The notes under the pieces were generated by a model. The model did not search any database and had not been told where the DNA came from. It saw nothing but the letters and a program-made list of their open reading frames with translations. Positions 27,231 to 39,800 of a stretch of 64,000 bases of DNA are shown here, piece by piece. Numbering within the stretch: the stretch's first letter is position 1; every line of letters starts with the position of its first letter. Both the position numbers and the translations under genes were made by a program. The stretch is from Marsupella aquatica (Eukaryota > Plantae > Marchantiophyta): contig OZ316898.1 in NCBI GenBank assembly GCA_973895155.1, forward strand, positions 16,088,330 through 16,152,329, read 5' to 3'.

Positions 27231-29534
27231 TTGATGAATTCTCCTCCTAAGAAGGCAGATTTCTACAGCTCCCACAGTCGAGCGAGCTCCTGCCATTCTC
27301 GAGCTGCTCTCTCTGATTCTTCATCCTCGTAAGTCCCAATGTACTCAGTTGCCCGTTCGTGCTTGCAAATGAGCCACCATTCCTCGCGAGCTATCCTTAC
27401 CCCTCTCCTCCTCTAGTCTTCCCTACCGTTGGTTACCCCTAGCCGCCAACACTTAGTGCGCCCTAACCCTAATCGTATTCTCCCCCCCGGCGTCCTTACT
27501 TCCAGCCTCGGCCCGGGTTCCATAGTCACCCTTGATTGTTTATATTTTCCTCATTCTTGTAACTATACTAAGTTGTTTCTAGGGTACACTTCCGTTTTCC
27601 CATTTAACTGGCCTAGTGATTCCTGGTTAGGCATCACAGGGATCATTGTCTTTGACAAACTTCTTGAGCCGCCTAATATGGTAGCTTTTGCCCACGCCCA
27701 TTTCCTTAGGTGTCTCCAACACCACCAAAACCGAATTATCCTTGTGGGCCCATCATATGATACGATAGGGCCCCGCATATCTGGGAGCCAGCTTCCTACT
27801 TATGTTTCCGTGGTATTGTTCAGGTCTCAACTGCAATCAGACGCTCTCCCCAATTTCAAAGCTTACCTCGCGTCGATGTTTATCCCCTTGCTCCTTGTAC
27901 CGACTTTGGGCAAAGGTCATACCCTTGGTAGCCGCTTCCACAACTAGGCGCCGCTCTCAAATAAAATTGTTTGCAGAAGGAACCTTGCTTTCCGTCCGCC
28001 AAGCTTCTGAATTTATAAACCAAGAGGGCGCCCTTGGCGTCCTCCCTATGGCCAACACAAACGGCGCAAACCCTATCGCCGAATGCTTGGTTGAGTTATA
28101 CCTAAACTTGGCCATTGTTAAGTGCTTTGCCCAATCCTTTTGATGGCCGTCACAAAGTGACGCAAGTAGTCCTCCAAAATACCATTCACCCGTTCCGTTT
28201 GGCCATCTGTCTCATGATGATACGCTAAACCTCATTCAAGTCCAAAGTCCTCTTCAGATTGTCTGAACTCCTATCTGAACTCCTGAACTGGATGAAGTCT
28301 TGTCTGAATGTGAAGTTCAGATTGGCAATCTCAAATGGCAAGTTCTGAACTCTTGTCTGAACTTCATCCACCCTTCTAAACTGGGATTTGTGCTATGTGT
28401 ATAGACTCCACATTGTTGCTTCTCCCTTTCGGGCCAGCCCTCCTTGTGAAACGTAGGAGCACGATCATGGCACTTACACATAGTCTGACATTCAAAAAAT
28501 GCTACTTCTCAGTAGCATGTTTCGAGTAGTTTGCCTGTGTGTTGAGCCCGGGGTTGAGCCTAATTATTTGTTTATTGCTTTAGTAACATGCATGGCCAAT
28601 TGGTTTCTCTTCATGTAAAGGCAAGTTTTTGAAACTTACTACTTGAATTGGTGGTTTGAATTTAGTTAAGTGTTGAGAAATTAGCATTCACACTAACTAT
28701 TTTTCTTTTGTGATTGAGTTCTCTTTGCTATTGAATGTATTGAATAATTATTTCATCACAGAAATTTTCAGAACAAACACGGAAGCACCAGGGGGCTGAG
28801 GATTGGATATTGAGGCTGAAGACATTGAGGTAATAAACTGGGTGTGGTTCGGGTGACAATGTTAGCAACTGGTGCTTCTTCAGGGGAACTTCCCATGTGC
28901 AATTTATCCACACATGATTGACTTTGGTTCTTGCTGTTTTTCTTTTGGTGTACTCTTCAGTTTGGTGTCACTCTATCCTTTCCTGTAGCCTCGAAATAGG
29001 AACACACCTGCTTAGTGGTCCCCAATTGCCCAATGATTTATAATGCCTATGTCTAGGCGATGTATGCATTGCGTGTTCATTCCAGAAGAATGAATATGTA
29101 CACTTTGCACAACCTGGACAGATTTTGAATGTTATTTATCTGAGTTTCTGTTTGTGAGCTCTGACTTGGAGCCTTAACATTTGTGTTTCTGTGGGGCTGA
29201 GCAGAGTTTGTTCCGTCCAGAAGCTGCTGTACTGAAGTGATCGGCCTCCGGCTTGGAGGTGAATCTTCAATTTTTTGTGGATCCGAGTGACTTCTGTCCA
29301 GCTGAGTTTTGCTTTGTCGGGACGATTGTGTTTGGCTAAGATGCTAGATTGTGGCTTGTCTTCTTGCTTCCAGCTTGTGTATATTCAATTAATAGAAGTT
29401 GGGAACGAGGTGATAATTGAATTTCCTTATATTAAGCATCTTGACCTAGAAACTCAATACATAAACTCCTGGAGTCCCTCAGGACATAAAATGAGCCAAA
29501 TTGTTTCAAAATTGGGAACCTGCACCCGCACTAC

Positions 29535-29874
29535 TCAAACAAATGTGTTGGGCTTGGTGGCCTTGTAAGTCGTCTTTAGCTTTCGCGATGGAGGTTGAAT
29601 CTTGCGGTACGTCAAGGGGAACTTGATCTTTGAATCATGGAACTGCTTGGTACTTTCTCGCTTGCACAAAGAGACAGGGACTGTCGTAGTCTTGATGATC
29701 TGGATGCAAGGGAACCGAACTCTATGACAAGAAGCCATCTCATCATACATCTGCTGTGTGGTTGTTTAATGTGGTATCACAATATTTCTTGTACATGTTG
29801 GGATAACCTGTACAACTCTGATACCTCACCCAGATACCGAAGTTCTTAATTGTGGTGGGCTTCTTTTTGAAGAT
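29535..29874 (-). pseudogene. RPL18A: 60S ribosomal protein L18a (eL20) terminal exon fragment
   Basis: [29 protein letters not shown]...[26 protein letters not shown]...[18 protein letters not shown]...[19 protein letters not shown], with a frameshift near 29755. Preceded by a cag acceptor; N-terminal exons absent. Confidence 0.92.
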
Positions 29875-30784
29875 CTGGTAGACACATTATTCAGCATTTG
29901 CTAACTTCGAAACTAGAAGGGTAACACATTAAACAACAGAGAAACTCACAACATCCTCCTTTGGTCCTTCAGAGTCTGTACTTTGATTATGAAGTTTGAC
30001 TGAGTTTCTGTTTACTGAAAGAATGTGACTGTGTAAGAGTTCCGTTTGGCAGTGGATTGGTTGAAGCACTTCATGCTAGTGTGTTGTCCACAGCTCTTCA
30101 ACCAGCTTTCGTCTTCCTTGTCTTTCACCACTTACGATGACATCAATTCAGCTAAGACCATAGAAGGTTCCAAAGCATCTAACTTGTAAAATCACATTCT
30201 GTTACATCAAGGACTAAGGTGTTGGGTGCCAAAGGAGACAGCACAACAAACACGCTGAAAAGACTTCAGCATTGGGTTCAACAAGGTAGTGAAGGTGCTT
30301 AGAGCCATAGTAAGTATGCATTCTGTATCTTTCTCTGTTGATGTGAGCTTGTGCATAATGGGAGTTGTAGTTGGCAAGAGTTCCAAATATGAATAGATCC
30401 AGAAGTATGTGATCATGTACTTGCTCTATAAAGTTCTGAAGATATAAGCATTTTCTGTCAGACCAGGCAACTTGGGAGTTGGTAAGTGTCACCTGCATCT
30501 GAGGGGCTACACCGGGGGCATCAGTGGAGGTTCACTTGCACAACACGACAACCAGTGAATTTTCTCTCTGCTGCAACCTGCAAGGTGAGACTTTCGGTCT
30601 TTCTGGATGAAAAAACAGGATTTTAATATGATTGATATACATGTCTGTCGAGAATATGGGTTTATCACCAAGCTCTTTGTCTTAGGAAACTCATAAACTC
30701 AGAATCAAATATGTACTATGCACGTTTCATGCTATGTGTATACTATGACCTGTAGTTGGAACCAAGACAATGAGTGGGAACTGA

Positions 30785-31380
30785 TTAGTTTAGGTGGTTG
30801 TTGTTGGCGAGGCAAGTCGACCTCCTGCTCACCTTGCTCATCAAAGGACGTGAACAGACTGAGGACATCACAACAAAAGCAACACTTATGGTGAGGACCC
30901 GCAACGCTGAACATGTGCGACTTGCACGCAAGGCAGAGATGTTGCGCCTTGAGTATGTCAGACTTGGGATCCTTCCAGCCCAGTCTGCATGGTACTTTGA
31001 GTACCCTGTTGTTTCCAGGAACAACTACAGCCGGCCTCTACCTGCTTCAGTACCTTCCCGACATCCTTGGTATTTGTGTCTCTTGTACATGACCCGCCAC
31101 AAATTAGGTGCCAAGGGTGTGTACACAGTTGCCAATATGACTGTCCTGCCTGTAGGGCTTCTGGCCCAGAATTGGATGACCATTCTCTTGGATGCCGATT
31201 TTTGCACAGAGCACAATGTATCATCTGGAACCACTCGCCATCCTGCAGTGTGCCTGGTGATGTCACTTGTCCTACCCTCCCAGACCCCACCACCGGTGAC
31301 TTTGGTGTCTACACATGTTTGGATCACATGCTCTAGAGGACCACTTGTCACATCGCATGCACAGACCAGATACCATTGAC
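30785..31380 (-). pseudogene. Possible C2-domain-like exon with one internal TAG
   Basis: Acceptor tag at 31381-31383. ORFs 31025-31351 and 30785-31024 share a frame across one TAG. MVIQFWARSPTGRTVILATVYTPL...GRGRL*LFLE resembles the C-terminal strands of a C2 domain. Confidence 0.35.
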
Positions 31381-31953
31381 CTATAGCTTAACACTCTGAC
31401 TTCAACACAGAGGATATTTACTTAAAATTTTGATGTATGAGCAATTTTGGGTCCAGGGTTTAGGGTCAACAGTACATAACTTATATCCTATTATGCCTGC
31501 ACTAAGAAAAATATCCTAATTTAAGAGGCTAGCAAACTCGCATAAAAGTCTCTATTGAAAGACTGCTTTCATGACTGCTTTAACCTGGTGAACATTGCAA
31601 CGTTCAATGAATTAATGGGCCATGTGATAACCTGTAAAATGTGATTTATGCATCACTTATTTGTCTCAGCCACTATCATAGCCTATTTAGGATGTATAAA
31701 TTTCAACCCTTATGACACTGCTTCATACCAATCCTCTTCGAAGAATGCCTGTTTTACATGTCACAACTATTGTATGTGATTCAAATGCATAAAATGTTGT
31801 TGCAGATCTCCTTTGGTGAATCATAGCCACAATTAAAATTGAGGTGTTGGTGGAGCAATTGTATTAGGGGATCAGGTTTGTGTGTGGGCTCAACATACCA
31901 AAAGTATGTCTACTCTGCATCCTTGTGTGGCCATTCCAATTCATTGCAGTAGC

Positions 31954-32096
31954 AAATGCCTTTGTACCTTAAATGCTAAATATATTTTACTTTCTGTGCA
32001 GTCTGCTAAATTGTAGAGTCTATCTAAATGCCTTTGTACCTTAAATGCTAAATATATATTACTTTCTGTGCAGTCTGCTAAACTGTAGAGTCTATC
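31954..32096 (+). repeat. About 72-bp tandem duplication containing a splice-acceptor-like site upstream of the PHD ORF
   Basis: aaatgcctttgtaccttaaatgctaaatatat.ttactttctgtgcagtctgctaaa.tgtagagtctatct x2. Confidence 0.9.
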
Positions 32097-32108
32097 TCAT
32101 GCGCAGGC

Positions 32109-32744
32109 ATGGCACGACCTAAAATTCAAGCCAAAAAGCGTGTGACAGAGGTGAGAAACACAGGTGTACTTGGGGCAGATGCTACTAACTTCTCTGCAAG
32201 TCAGATTTTCCAGAAGGCAACTCATTGTTGTGCCATTTGTGACGATGGTGGGGGCCTGGTCATTTGTGAGGGCCCTTGCATGAGGCATTTCCACCTCAAC
32301 CCGGAGTCTGACCTTGCTGCAGAAAACAACTGTCCAGGGGTGGGCCTTCCGTCAACACACCAGGGAGACTAGATGTGCACTGATTGTTTGGAGAAGCAGG
32401 CTAAGTATGCACAGTGTGGGAAGTTGGGGTCCTATGAGGGCTCTGTTGATGCTGCAGCAAATGTTAGGAAATGTCCAGACCGTTTTTGTGTGAGATTTTT
32501 TTGTTTTGAGTGTTTGCCTGCTCATGCCACAGCTTGCCCACTTCATAGGTGCAAGGCATGTGGTGAGCATGATGATGACTACTGGACTGACATAGTCCAC
32601 TGTGCTAGGTGTCCCACTATGTGGCACTATCATTGCCTGAAAGATCGTCAAGCAGAGGGTTATGCTTGTGACAGAGAAATCTATGATCACTTTGCACATG
32701 GTGTTGATCGATGGATATTTTATTGTCATCGCCATGCCATTTGA
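32109..32744 (+). pseudogene. Stand-alone EDM2/NSD-type composite PHD-finger protein (about 211 aa, one in-frame TAG at 32370)
   Basis: CAICDDGGGLVICEGPCMRHFH...C..C...CGKLGS...C...FC..FF...C...ACPLHRCKAC...CARCPTMWHYHCL...RWIFYCHRHAI is colinear with the EDM2 PHD region as recalled (CAICDNGG..CCEGSCLRSFH ... CPLHKC ... CRRCPKSYHRKCL ... RVLIYCQEHEI). Confidence 0.8.
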
Positions 32745-33382
32745 TCCTACCTCGCGCACTCCTGTGAGAGATCACATATCTTGGCTGTGAAGCTGAACAT
32801 TGTACATGCACAGTGCACCTGATGTGGATGTACTATTTTTTGAGATTGCAGAGATTCCAATTTTGAAAAGGAGTTGGGTAGGTGAGTTTATATAGGCAGC
32901 ACTTATCTTGTGCTCTGGCGTCAGTGGCTGGGTACATGCCTATACAAACTTATCCTTACAAGCCTTCTTGGAAGTATTTAGGCTGAGTGGTCATTTTCAT
33001 AAACACTTTCATCAGACTGCTAAATTAAAACAGGACTTCTAAGTTGTAAGCGTATAAATTATCAGGCATGCAATTAATCAAATTGCCCTATAAGTTTGTC
33101 ATTGAATGTATCCTCCTTTACAACAAAATATGTATGTGCCATGACAAGTTGGTTGCACTTCATTTCACCACGGATATGGATTTTGTAGTATATATTCAAA
33201 CAATGTCCTGCATCCGTGCAGGTGCCTAGTACGTATTGTTCACATATCCCTTGTACCTATCAAAATCGGACCTGAGCACTAGTGGGCCAGATCAACTCAA
33301 AAAGCAGGAATTTTGTTGTCCTTGTATTGTCAGGTGAACCCATTCTTCCAAAATTCACTGTCATCACGTAGGGTGTGTGTAC

Positions 33383-34255
33383 ATGGAGCCTAGGAAACGT
33401 AGAAAGTGTGACCACCCAGCAGTGTTTACAGGGGTCAGAGCGATTTTGGTCCATGGCCAGCATGGGTTGACCAAAGTGCATTGGCCAATTGTACAGAAAC
33501 GATTCTCTGAGCTCCATGGCACTGTAGTTCAGGACATCACTCCAGAGACTACACATGTTGTTGCATGGACATGGCTATTAGTGATAAAGAAGTGGTCATG
33601 GTCCTACATGAATTCTGCAATTACTAAGCAAGGCCTAAAAGTAGTTGAGGCCTCTTGGATCACAGATTCCATAGCACATAAGATTGTATAGGATACTGAG
33701 CAATATGAGTTGTGGGAGGATGAAGAAGCTACTGCATCAGCTTGGGCTGAACAAGAAGTCTGGGAAGCAAAGGCACGGCTTGCTGATCTCCAATATGGAC
33801 CTGTACTCAACAAAGGACAGAGCTCTACAAGGCTGAAGAGTATGTTGGCTGAGGAGACGAAGCAACCAACCCCCATTCTGAAAGGGCTGAGCATGGTATT
33901 TGTGGAGGCGGGAATTGGAGAAGTTAAGTGCAAAGTGTACAAGTCCACAGTGCTTGACCTAGGTGGGACAGTGGAGGAGAATATAACAGAGGACACCACT
34001 CATGTCATTACTAAGTCATATCCCAAAGCCTGCCGCAAGTTTGGGAAGGGAGACATTCGCTTTTATGTCATGTCCCATAATGTGTTTGTGGTTTCATATG
34101 CTTGGCTTGTGGAATCAGTAGCAGCTGGGAAGCGTCAAAACCCAATGGACTATGATCTTTTTGAGGCCTGGCCACGGAAGGGTCAGGATCCTTACAGAGA
34201 GGACTATGAGACAACAAGTGAGGAATGGGTCATTAGCGATTCTGAATCAGAGTGA
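33383..34255 (+). pseudogene. Tandem BRCT-domain protein resembling the DNA polymerase lambda BRCT (one in-frame TAG at 33689)
   Basis: Two repeats: VFTGVRAILV...HGTVVQDITPETTHVV...VVEASWITDSI and ILKGLSMVFVEAGI...LGGTVEENITEDTTHVI...VVSYAWLVESV. N-terminal NLS-like PRKRRK. Confidence 0.8.
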
Positions 34256-34688
34256 GGAGTAGTAGCATCAGTTTGGACACAAGTTTTTTTGTATAAATCA
34301 GATCATTGAAATAAATGTGATCTTTGAACTAATGTACCTTGTTATGGTTGGTGGCAGTTGGGCTTATTTTACTGTTGGCGGATTGTTGTTTCCTGTTGCC
34401 TGGGGGTGTCACTGTAAACGTACATGCAGAGGCGGTACATTTGAGGACAGCGGAGGAGGTGGTGACACCCTCCAACATTTAGGAATTTTGTGTCATTCAC
34501 TTGACAATAGGTACACTACTTGCGAACCTGTTTTTTTCTTTTGGGGTGGTTTAGGGTTTGTGAGAATTTAGTACACGTTATGTTAACTCTTTTGGCAGAT
34601 ACAGTCAGGGATATATGGAACACAAATACCACCATTAGGCATCCTTGTTCACTGCTGTCCATGACTGCAGAGCTCCCAGCCTGTTACA

Positions 34689-36737
34689 ATGCACCCTGGT
34701 CACCACCCTCCCCAGACCCAGCCCAGGGCACAAGCACTGCCTTTGCATCATCCCACAAGGATATCACGCCATGATAATAAGCTTTGGCAGCGTGAAAGGT
34801 TACGAACCAGACTTTCAGGAGCCAGTAGGATGAGATGTCCTTGTGCAATCTGCCAAGGATCCCGTACCAGGGGTCTGAATGAGGTTTGGCGGCATATTGC
34901 GGTTCATGGAAGAGATCCACGACATCGAGTTTGGAATGATCCTGCAGAGGAAGATTCTTCCGACGAGGAGTGGAGGTTAGAATTTGATGCTGCCAATGCT
35001 GCAAGACGGGCAAGTGAGGTTCTGCCTGGTGCATTTGAAAATGTTGTAGCTGGTCTCTGTGGGTTGTCAGCTCTCCAACGGGATGGTGCTCAGGCAGCAC
35101 CACGTGACGAAGGAATTCATGTGGAAGAGATGGTGAGAGACATCTTCCAAGACTTGGATGCATTTCATGATGGGCTGGACAACGAAGAGGATACGGCTGC
35201 AGATGCAAGTGTGCCCCCTGTCGAAGAGCCTCTTGATGAGTTTGAGATAGGGCAGGAAACCCCTGGGCATGATGGGATGTTTGGCTCTCCCCTGCAAATA
35301 CAGGAAGGCAGGAAGTCTTTGTACCCCGGTAGCAAATGTTCTAAACTGGGATTTGTCATCATGTTCCTGAACATTTGCGGCAACCACAATGTCCCCAGCG
35401 TTTTGGTTTCTGAGTTGTTGGCATTCTTGCGAACAACTGTGCTACCAGATGGTAATATTTTGCCCAAGAACATGTACGAGGCAAAAAGATGCATATCTAA
35501 TCTTGGATTGAACTATGATTCGATCCATGCCTGTCCTGATGGGCATGTTCTTTTCAGAAAGGAGTATAAAGAATCGTTGACATGCCCTAAGTGTGGGAAG
35601 CACAGGTATCGGAACTCAGGAAAGTCTATGGTTCCCGCCAAGGTAATTCGTCATTTCCACTCATTCCCAGACTTCAGCGGATGTTCAGAAGCCGTGCCAT
35701 CTCGGAGATGATGACTTGGGCAACTGACAAGAAAAGTGATGATAGGCTACAACGACATGTTGCAGATTCAAGGCAATGGAAACTCATAGATGAGATGTAT
35801 CCCGAATTTGCTGCTGAGCCGAGGAATGTCAGACTTGGGCTGTCATTGGATGGGGTAAACCCATTTGGAGACAAGAACAACAAATTTTCGTGCTGGCCTG
35901 TAACTATTTTGAATTATAACCTTCCTCCTTGGATGACTACAAAGCGATTTTTTGTTCTGATGGTCCTACTGATACAAGGGCCAGACAGTGCTGTATCTGC
36001 CAACATAGATGTGTTTCTGGCTCCCCTAGTGGAGGAATTGAGAAAGCTTTGGGAGGAAGGAGTTCTCACATATGATGTCCTACAGAGGCTTGGGAGGTTA
36101 AACCCATTCATCCTTAGAGCCATTGTCATTCTGACTATAGCTGACTACCCAGCCCATGGGATGATATCAGGCCAAACAACAAAAGGATATTGTGCTTGTA
36201 CTATCTGTGGGCGCAATGTCACTAGTGAGTACTCCAGAGCCCTGCAGAAAGTGATATACATGGGCCATCGTCGTTTTCTGAAGGCAGATCACCCTTACAG
36301 AGAAAGACAGGCACTGATTGCACACTTTGGCAATGAGATTGAGCAACGTGGACCCCCGGCACGAGTGACCAAAGAGGAGATCAGGCAGTGGGGAGCACTG
36401 AGGGATGACTATATCAAACGAGGGGGCAGGGAAGATGGAGTGAGTGATCCAATAAAGCGATATGGTGTAAAAAGACTAAGCATATTGGACTTGGAGCTCA
36501 AGTACTGGAGGGTAAGCCTCTTGGAGTTGATGCTAATTGGGATACATGTTTTGGTTCAGAGCATGTGCATTCATTTCGAAGAGAGAGACTAAACTTGAGG
36601 CATTTCCTGACGCTTTTGCATTGCAACGATGCAGGAGTTTGAGCCAAGCAAACATAACATTGATGTTATGCACATTGAAAAGAATATTTGTGAGAGTCTA
36701 CTCAGATTCTTGTGTGGAGAGAAGGACACTGGTTCAG
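34689..36737 (+). pseudogene. CACTA/En-Spm TnpD transposase, 5' part (Transpos_assoc and Transposase_21)
   Basis: RCPCAIC, IHACPDGHVLFR...CPKC, RNVRLGLSLDGVNPF, SCWPVTILNYNLPP, DVFLAPLVEEL, IADYPA, YMGHRRFL, HNIDVMHIEKNICESLL. Frameshift near 35657; intron about 36512-36634; truncated by LINE copy A. Confidence 0.93.
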
Positions 36738-36870
36738 TGGTAATGGTAATGGTAATGGTAATGTATTATAAGCTCCGGGACCATGAAAGTCAAAGGAGCT
36801 GCCACAAAAAGTAAAGTACAATGCAATCAAAGAAAAGAGCAACCAAAAGAGATTGCTCAGAAGAGGACAA

Positions 36871-39800
36871 CTATGTCCTCAAAGAAACTATGGACCTAGA
36901 GATCCCTGAAAGATTTTCCAAACCTATTCTCCTTTCCCTATCCACCGCAAAGATATATCTTCCAAGTTGCTGAGGGGGCAGACCAAACAATGCATACAAA
37001 TCTTTCACCAAGATTTGAGATGCCATCCTAACCCCCTCATAAAACTTGCAAGCAATGAATACATGATATTCATTCTCTATACTAGAGCTATCACATAGTT
37101 GACAAACCCTCTTTTTCCTGTCAATATCCTTCCATCTCCCTTGTTCTACTTCAAGGTGGTGTGAGCTTAGTCTATACTGAGCAATAAGTTGTCTAAGTTG
37201 TACTGAGATAGTGCTAGATAAGTATTCTTGTTCTCGATATTTCTTCATGGGGTTCACATCTCTCATGTAGTATTGCTGCCGTGGGCTAGGTTCATGCCAA
37301 AGTTTGTGCAAAGCCTTTTGCTCAAGTTTTGCTCTTAGCTTGGTTGGGTGTGTTGGCCATTCATGTTCAGGAAAATCCCAAGCATGGGCCCACTTGCACA
37401 CATCTGCATACCACCCTTTAGCTGAAGATGAGCGCAAGGCATGAAAAGGAAATCTGTTTTCTTCCAACTCTCTTACACGCATGATGTATTTGAGTGTGTG
37501 GAAGAGTGTCTCCACCTCCAAAGGAAACAAGCCTGCCTCTGCAAGTGTAAGTGTATATGGGGTTTGTGACTTGATCCCAAGCTCCATCTCAAGAAATAGC
37601 TTTTGCAGCCCCTCAATCTGTTGCCACCCAGATTTAGACACACCTGCTCCCCAAATTGGTGCTCCATAAAGAATGACTGGTTTCACCAAAGCTCCAAAGA
37701 GATGTTTCCTTAACCTCCAAGTGTGTAGACCAGCTCTTTTGCATTTGTTCATGAATGCATAAAAAGCTCTGTACCCATTGGCAGCCCTAGATTTTACACA
37801 TGAGGCCCAACTCAAGTTTTGAGAGAACTCCACCCCAAGGTATTTGTAGGTCCTCACAAATTCCACCAGATTCCCTTGGAAGTAGAGCTCTGGATTTTGT
37901 CGTGTGCCAATGCCCAAACACTTGGTCTTCTTGAGGTTGACTACCATCCCTGTTGCTTGACAAAACTCCTCCAAGGCATTGAGATGTCTTTGCAAAGCTT
38001 CTTGAGCATGAGCAAGTAGGACCACATCATCTGCAAATATAAGAAGTTGGAGGACAAACCTACCCAATTGAGTGCCAACTCCACCATGCTCCTCCAAAAT
38101 GTTGTGTAGCTGATCAATGAAGATGCCAAATAGAGTTGGTGAGAGAGGACAACCTTGGATCACCCCAAGAGTGCTCCAGATTTCTTCAGAGGTTTCCTTT
38201 GAAAGTTTGATGCGCACTTCTTGGTACAATTTAGAAACAGCCAACCTGAGCTCTTCAGGCACTTCCAACTCCACCATCCTATCCCAAAGCTTGGATCGGG
38301 AAACTTTGTCAAAGGCCTTGGAGAAGTCCACAAACAAGCAAAATAATGGTTTATGTGGAGATTTGGCCTTTTCACACAACACCCTCAAGCAGAGAATGTG
38401 ATCCATAGTGCTGAATTCTCTCCTAAAACCTGCTTGTGAAGGTGCCCTTTTCATCTCACTCTCCAACCAAGAGCTTAATCTGGCTTCAAGTAGTCCTCCC
38501 AAAATTTTAGCAAAAGTATTGCCTACCATGATGGTTCTGTAGTTGTGCACATCGTCCTTGTTGCCTGCCTTGAAGATAGGCACCACTCTTCTGGTCATCC
38601 AAGCTTTAGGTAAACCTAAAGCCATTGCTTGATTCAGCTCATGCACCAAGTTTGTTAGTAAAGAGGGTCCTCCCCACAAAAGAAGCTCCAAGTTCAGGCC
38701 CAACAGATCTTTAGCTTTCCCATGTTGCATGTGGGAAAGATGCACCTTCACCTCCCTCTCTGTAAACTGAATGGTGTCCCCAAGGGGCAAAGGCATGCCA
38801 CTAGCATCTGGAAAGAAATACAAGGATGTGACATAGGTTACCAGGTCCTGGTGATCCAAGGGGGGAGTAGTCTTGCCTGATTGCATTCTCTCCCAAAAAC
38901 GTTTTGGATGTTTGATGAACTCCTCACATAGTGATTGTTGATGACTCTTCAAGAAGCACCTCTTCTTGTGTTTGATGAAGTTCTTGTACATAGTGAATGC
39001 CAAAAATCTCTTTTCCCCTGAATGTGATCTTGCTTGCATCCTTGCTCTAGCACAATCCTCGTCAAACCAAGCCTTCATGTTTTGCTTTCTAGGGGGTTTG
39101 GTGGAGAAAGTAGAGGCTGCTGCTTGTGCTATGACTTCTGAGAGCTCAATCTGATCATCCAGGGTATGGAGAAGATGTTCAAAGTTGGCTTTGAAGATGA
39201 CTTCTCTATCAGGGTCTAGAAACAGAGGTTTGGGTACTGGCTTTCTATGCACTTTGTTTGGGATTGTGGTCAGGTCAAGATGGAACAACAAAGGCAAGTG
39301 TGAAGACTCTGGTTGTTGATCAAGTATTTGAAAGTCAACCACTCTAGTGGCAGAGGTAGGTGAGGCAAGAAGGTAATCAATGGTACTACATCCTTGTTTA
39401 GATCTAAAAGTATAACCAGATGATTGGGGAAATCTCTCAAGCCCATTCAATATTCTTAGATTACAAGAAGCTCCCAAATGCAAAAAGTGACGTGTCATGT
39501 CATTTGTTCTGGTGTCAAGAGCCTCTCTCACCCAAGGTATCTCTTCACTACATGATGACCAAGGTAAAGTTCCTAAGTCCTCACTTTCAGTAAATTGTTC
39601 ATTAGATACCCTAGCATTAAAGTCCCCCACTATCCATGTCTCCCCTAGTGGTGATATATCATGAATGACTTGGATTAACCTATGAAATGGATAATGTGCA
39701 TCAGCAATTCCCATCTTATAGACATTCATATTAAGGGGAGCAAAGTAGGTGACAATCAGAAATGATGGAGTACCTCTGGTATGAAGTCTCACCACCATGA

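Noticed and set aside
27429-28400. 172-aa ORF, or the left terminus of CACTA 1
   Set aside because: No domain recognised. Short repeats (tttgccca, tctgaact) are present but there is no CACTA/CACTG terminus I can support.
30798-31379. 193-aa plus-strand ORF as a gene
   Set aside because: No ATG start or recognisable motif; it is likely the antisense shadow of the minus-strand frame.
36738-36762. (TGGTAA)n as telomeric repeat
   Set aside because: It does not match TTTAGGG or TTAGGG and, apart from the 51951 event, is always attached to the LINE 3' UTR.
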